Source of the DNA: a virus
Lineage: Duplodnaviria; Heunggongvirae; Uroviricota; Caudoviricetes
DNA length: 9,571 nucleotides
Virus record (IMG/VR): IMGVR_UViG_2703718868_000012
Coordinates: 1-9,571 of that record
Strand: one strand, 5' to 3'
Numbering within the stretch: the first letter of the stretch is position 1; each line of letters begins with the position of its first letter. The notes beneath the pieces are model-generated. The model was not told where the DNA came from. It searched no databases and saw nothing but the letters and a program-made list of their open reading frames with translations. Below, piece after piece: positions 6,613 through 9,571 of this stretch. The translations under genes were made by a program, and so were the position numbers.

Positions 6613-6792
6613 ATGCCAACAGGTACAACCAACAACAAGTCACAACAAAAAACTGCTAGAGTACCTCTAGACGTTTTAAGCGAAATGAATTTGGTAAAAG
6701 AAGAAAACGAAACAGACGCACAATTTATCGTTACTGCCATGCGCGGCGAAATCAAACGCCGCCAGCGTCGCAAGGCCAAAGAATCAGAATAA
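6613..6792 (+). CDS. Small basic protein, possible ribbon-helix-helix DNA-binding regulator (59 aa)
   Basis: Canonical SD AAGGAG (6600-6605) 7 nt before the ATG at 6613. Sequence ...ARVPLDVLSEMNLVKEENETDAQFIVTAMRGEIKRRQRRK fits a beta-strand / helix / loop / helix RHH pattern with a basic tail. The first ~120 nt are markedly AT-rich. The longer track ORF from 6469 would translate the palindrome and T-tract. Confidence 0.55.
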   Translation: MPTGTTNNKSQQKTARVPLDVLSEMNLVKEENETDAQFIVTAMRGEIKRRQRRKAKESE

Positions 6793-6849
6793 TCACTATC
6801 AGCGCCGTGGTGTGAGGTACTACGGCGCATTGCTTTACAGGGCAGTATC

Positions 6850-7077
6850 ATGACCAACAACACACTATCACCAATACAAGACACGCAAACGCAAGATGAT
6901 GAAATCATCCGGCAAAGGCAGTCAGAAGCCTGCGCCAGACTTGAGGAAGAACTAACCAGAACAAAAATACCACCACCAGCGCCGCGCTTAGTGCCACCAG
7001 AAAAATTTGCCCTTGAAGATTTTGTCGATAAATACCCACGGCGGCTTAAATCCGGCAAAAACCGACCGCCAGGATGA
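6850..7077 (+). CDS. Hypothetical 75-aa protein (acidic, helical N-half, Pro-rich C-half)
   Basis: ATG at 6850 with a weak GGG SD ~7 nt upstream; reading frame looks protein-like. Preceded by hairpin GCGCCGT (6802-6808) / ACGGCGC (6822-6828). Confidence 0.4.
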   Translation: MTNNTLSPIQDTQTQDDEIIRQRQSEACARLEEELTRTKIPPPAPRLVPPEKFALEDFVDKYPRRLKSGKNRPPG

Positions 7078-7196
7078 GTGCACAAGACGGAACCATGAAA
7101 CGGATTATTCCGTTTCCGGGGCGTTTGTGTGTGTATAAAGAGTAAGCTATGCTCTTTTATAGCCATAATCGTTACCTCAATTAATGGTTTGGTTAG

Positions 7197-7238
7197 AAGC
7201 CCGTTGGTGTTCATAGCGCCAGCGGGCTTTGCTTTTTG
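7197..7238 (+). terminator. Rho-independent terminator ending the 6613-7077 transcription unit
   Basis: 11-bp stem AAGCCCGTTGG (7197-7207) / CCAGCGGGCTT (7219-7229) with one G-U pair, 11-nt loop, then a U-rich tail TTGCTTTTTGTG. Confidence 0.5.
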
Positions 7239-7248
7239 TGTTGATTGT

Positions 7249-7282
7249 ATGTAATGTGTCACCACGCATAAATACATTACAT
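7249..7282 (+). promoter_or_regulatory. 9-bp perfect inverted repeat, candidate operator just upstream of the Arc-like gene
   Basis: ATGTAATGT (7249-7257) and ACATTACAT (7274-7282) are exact reverse complements, 16-bp spacer. Preceded by a TTGATT -35-like hexamer (7241-7246); ends 15 nt before the GTG start. Confidence 0.35.
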
Positions 7283-7296
7283 GAGGTGTAATTAAC

Positions 7297-7476
7297 GTGT
7301 CAACACACAAAAACGAAAGGCGTGGTAATCCTCCGTTCCAGTTCCGTTTAGATCCTGACTTACGGGAAAAGATGGAAAAGGCACAACAACATGACGGCGA
7401 TGATTCTCTTGCTGCCTGGATAAAGCGAATAATCCGCAAAGAATTACAGCAACGCGGCATAGAACCCAAAGGGTAA
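7297..7476 (+). CDS. Arc-family ribbon-helix-helix DNA-binding protein (59 aa)
   Basis: GTG at 7297 with SD GAGGTG 8 nt upstream. PPFQFRLDPDLREKMEKAQQHDGDDSLAAWIKRIIRKEL matches the Arc repressor pattern (P22 Arc PQFNLRWPREVLDLVRKVAEENGRSVNSEIYQRV). Absent from the supplied track (GTG start, under 60 aa). Confidence 0.6.
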   Translation: MSTHKNERRGNPPFQFRLDPDLREKMEKAQQHDGDDSLAAWIKRIIRKELQQRGIEPKG

Positions 7477-7571
7477 TTACATTGCCCACCAGCCTGATAG
7501 CGGCTATCATTCCCGTGCTTATGTTTGGGATCACATACACATAAGGCGCAGCAGGTTAATTGTTCACAAGG

Positions 7572-7597
7572 GCGTTCCGGCAACGGGGCGCTTTTTG
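7572..7597 (+). terminator. Terminator-like hairpin plus T5 downstream of the Arc-like gene
   Basis: Stem GCGTTCC (7572-7578) / GGGGCGC (7585-7591) including G-U pairs, loop GGCAAC, then TTTTT. No U-tract on the opposite strand. Confidence 0.35.
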
Positions 7598-7626
7598 TTA
7601 TGTTCATCGTGTCAAGCCTCACACCA

Positions 7627-7833
7627 TTACGCAGCCGTTCCGCGTGCTTCCTGCTCACGTTCTTTCATCCATGCGATTACGTCTTCCTCATACCATCCGC
7701 GACGGCGTAAACCAACGCGAAAACCCTGCGGAAATTCTCCGGCGTTGATCATGCTTTGAAGCGTGCTGTCTGCCTTGATGTGGATAAGTTTTTTTACTTC
7801 CTGGCGAAAGATGACTTTTTTGATTGCTTCCAT
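7627..7833 (-). CDS. alpA: AlpA-family transcriptional regulator / excisionase-like protein (68 aa)
   Basis: ...IKADSTLQSMINAGEFPQGFRVGLRRRGWYEEDVIAWMKE matches the AlpA pattern (helix-turn-helix, then G.FP...LG.R...W...V..W). Sits near the integrase as in P4-like and PICI elements. Confidence 0.8.
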   Translation of the reverse strand: MEAIKKVIFRQEVKKLIHIKADSTLQSMINAGEFPQGFRVGLRRRGWYEEDVIAWMKEREQEARGTAA

Positions 7834-7965
7834 CGTGATTTACCTTGTGAATCCGGTGTATTCCGGTGACAAATACGGTAAATCATCGGATACGGGTAAA
7901 AACAGTTCCCACCGTTTTTAAACTGTTAGAACCGTTTTTTATGTTGGTGATTTGAAAGGGATTTA

Positions 7966-7990
7966 TAAAAAAAGCGGCATTTCTGCCGCT
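7966..7990 (-). terminator. Rho-independent terminator after the 83-aa ORF
   Basis: Perfect 7-bp stem AGCGGCA (7973-7979) / TGCCGCT (7984-7990), loop TTTC. On the minus strand it is followed by U7 (plus-strand A-run 7967-7973). Lies 11 nt past the stop at 8001. Confidence 0.6.
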
Positions 7991-8000
7991 TTGAGGATTG

Positions 8001-8252
8001 TTACCGCCATTTTTTTGGCCTGCCTCCGGTCTTCATGGTTGCCGGACGAACTACCCTGTCGATACTTTCAGCCATATTCCTGGATGCCCCACGGGATACC
8101 AGGAAATCTACTACCTGTTTTTTTGATGGGGCCGTCGTTCTGTCCTCCGGATCGTAGGTTGACCAAAATTCATGCTGAACCATCAGGGCCAGTTGCAGCC
8201 CGTCGCAATTGCATCTGAAATTTTTTTGCATCTTAACGGTTTCATGTTTCAC
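8001..8252 (-). CDS. Hypothetical 83-aa protein between integrase and alpA
   Basis: Open frame with GTG at 8252 (weak AAGG SD) or internal ATG at 8231; basic C-terminus ...KTGGRPKKWR; own terminator. Start uncertain. Confidence 0.4.
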   Translation of the reverse strand: MKHETVKMQKNFRCNCDGLQLALMVQHEFWSTYDPEDRTTAPSKKQVVDFLVSRGASRNMAESIDRVVRPATMKTGGRPKKWR

Positions 8253-8329
8253 GGCCTTGTCGTTAAATTTGATGCAATTATACGACGGTTTTACATGGTT
8301 TTCGTAGTTTTTACTGGTTTTCTGTACAG

Positions 8330-9571
8330 CTAAACGGCTCGGATACCCCTTTTACCACTGGCGAGGGTTACGCCCGTCGCCGCAGCCTCGACAAATTCGC
8401 CCCACCAGCGCATAAGCACCACGCGTTTTTCTATGTAGTTGCTCCGGTTGTATGCCCGTCTCACTTCGTTAGTGTCGACGTGGGCAAGTGCGGCCTCGAT
8501 TACGTCCGGCTCGAATCCTTCCTCGTTCGCTGCTGTACTGAATATGGCGCGTAATCCATGAGACACCAGCACGCCAGCGAACCCCATGCGTCGTAATGCT
8601 GCGTTTGCTGTCTGGCTGTTCATTGGCTGCCGTGGGTCTTTCAGACTCGGGAAAACATAATCGCGGTGGCGGCTGATTGGTTTCATGGCCTCCAGCACCG
8701 CCATAGCCTGACCGGAAAGTGGGATAACGTGATCCCTGCGCATCTTCATGCGTCCGGCGGGTATCGTCCAGCGTTGCGCGTCCAGGTCGATTTCATCCCA
8801 CCGCGTTGATGACGCTTCGGCGGGACGGGTTACGGTCAGTAACTGCCATTCAATCAGTAATCTGGTCTGCCGTTCTGTTGCCGATACTGATAAAGCCTGC
8901 ATAAGCTCCGGCAACTGTTCGGGGCGGATTGTTGGCATATGTTTTTTTACAGGGGAGGGGAACGCCTTACGCACATTCATAGCCGGATTGGCATCAATCA
9001 GCCCACTGTTGGCGGCGTAATCCATTACCTCATTAACGCGCTGTAAAACCCGTTTGAGTGTTTCCAGGTTGCCGCGCTCCTTGATGGGGGTAAGCACCTC
9101 AACGAACCTGCGAGCGGTCAGGGTGTCTATTGGGGTGTTGCCGATGAACGGGAATACATATTTATCCAGCGATCGCCAGATGTCTTTAATCGTGTTGGGG
9201 GCCAGATTCTGGCTGATTTTCACCTGGTACCATGCCGCCGCCACATTTTCGAACGTGTTCCCTTGTCTTCGGGCCTCTGCCTCTCGTTTTTTCTTCTCAT
9301 GGCCCTGCGGGTCAGTTCCGGCACTGATTAACGCTCTGTACTCGCTACGGCGTTTTCTGGCATCAGCCAGGGAAACATCATCAAGCGATCCAAAACTCAG
9401 CAATATTCTTTTTTTGTCCGATGGCCGGTAGTAGGAAAATCGCCAGAGTTTTGATCCGGACGGTTTGACCAGGAGAAAAAGCCCTCCGCCGTCCTGTAGG
9501 GTGTATTCCTTTTCCGCTGGTCTGGCTGCTTTGATCTGCACCGTGGTTAATGGGGGTGTTTTTCTCGCCAT
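8330..9571 (-). CDS. int: Site-specific tyrosine integrase, P4 / CP4-57 type
   Basis: 413 aa. N-terminus MARKTPPLTTVQIKAARPAEKEYTLQDGGGLFLLVKPSGSKLWRFSYY is typical of P4-family integrase arm-binding domains. C-terminal catalytic region carries HGLR... and ...RAYNRSNY (candidate His/Arg/Tyr residues). ATG is at the very last bases of the window, so upstream signals are unseen. Confidence 0.9.
   Translation of the reverse strand: MARKTPPLTTVQIKAARPAEKEYTLQDGGGLFLLVKPSGSKLWRFSYYRPSDKKRILLSFGSLDDVSLADARKRRSEYRALISAGTDPQGHEKKKREAEARRQGNTFENVAAAWYQVKISQNLAPNTIKDIWRSLDKYVFPFIGNTPIDTLTARRFVEVLTPIKERGNLETLKRVLQRVNEVMDYAANSGLIDANPAMNVRKAFPSPVKKHMPTIRPEQLPELMQALSVSATERQTRLLIEWQLLTVTRPAEASSTRWDEIDLDAQRWTIPAGRMKMRRDHVIPLSGQAMAVLEAMKPISRHRDYVFPSLKDPRQPMNSQTANAALRRMGFAGVLVSHGLRAIFSTAANEEGFEPDVIEAALAHVDTNEVRRAYNRSNYIEKRVVLMRWWGEFVEAAATGVTLASGKRGIRAV

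Larger units (their letters stand above)
1..9571. mobile_element. Partial phage-satellite-like (PICI / P4-family) integrative island, integrase-proximal arm; extends beyond the left edge
   Basis: Co-linear minus-strand set: tyrosine integrase, AlpA-like regulator, P4-family primase, iteron origin, SSB, protease-capsid fusion. No terminase, portal, tail or lysis genes in the window. The att site and any tRNA target would lie right of 9571, outside the window. Confidence 0.6.

Noticed and set aside
7096-7146. 16-codon mini-ORF (MKRIIPFPGRLCVYKE) in the untranslated gap before the Arc-like gene
   Set aside because: Weak RBS and too short to support from sequence alone; could be a leader peptide but the evidence is insufficient.
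7292-7540. 82-codon minus-strand ORF with a hydrophobic stretch (MIAAIRLVGNVITLWVLCRVAVILCGLFAL), possible small membrane toxin antisense to the Arc-like gene
   Set aside because: No convincing RBS at either the GTG (7540) or the ATG (7510). It overlaps the Arc-like gene, which has a strong family signature and SD. Hydrophobic antisense frames are common, so this would need experimental support.
6456-7658. 400-codon stop-free frame on the minus strand
   Set aside because: The translation is Cys/Ser/Arg-rich and low-complexity, with no protein-like pattern, and it runs antisense across three plus-strand ORFs that have good RBSs and recognisable folds, plus terminators and palindromes. The length of the stop-free run is odd, but it is most likely a by-product of composition and the alternative-start convention of the ORF track.
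8253-9571. Search for the att site or tRNA target next to the integrase
   Set aside because: The integrase start codon is at the final bases of the window, so the expected att/tRNA junction lies outside it; nothing inside the window can be assigned.

Overview
This window reads as the integrase-proximal arm of an integrated phage-satellite-like island (PICI / P4-family type), transcribed almost entirely on the minus strand. From right to left it carries a P4-type tyrosine integrase (8330-9571), a small ORF, an AlpA-family regulator (7627-7833), five short tightly packed ORFs, a P4-family primase with a Walker A motif (3512-5266), a dense iteron array with an AT-rich tract (3272-3498, putative origin), a small ORF, an SSB-like protein ending in ...IPF (2547-2969), a terminator, and a late-type operon whose second gene is one polypeptide joining a ClpP-like prohead protease, a scaffold-like linker and an HK97-fold major capsid protein (1-1890). 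Three short plus-strand ORFs (6613-6792, 6850-7077, 7297-7476) sit against the grain between the AlpA gene and the small-ORF/primase operon; two look like ribbon-helix-helix DNA-binding proteins with palindromic operators. The most notable candidates are the capsid gene sitting directly after the replication module with no terminase or portal gene between them, this counter-oriented regulatory module, and a G8 homopolymer at a gene junction where a 1-nt change would fuse two ORFs. All functional calls rest on motif recognition by eye and recalled family signatures; no database search was possible. The island continues beyond both window edges.
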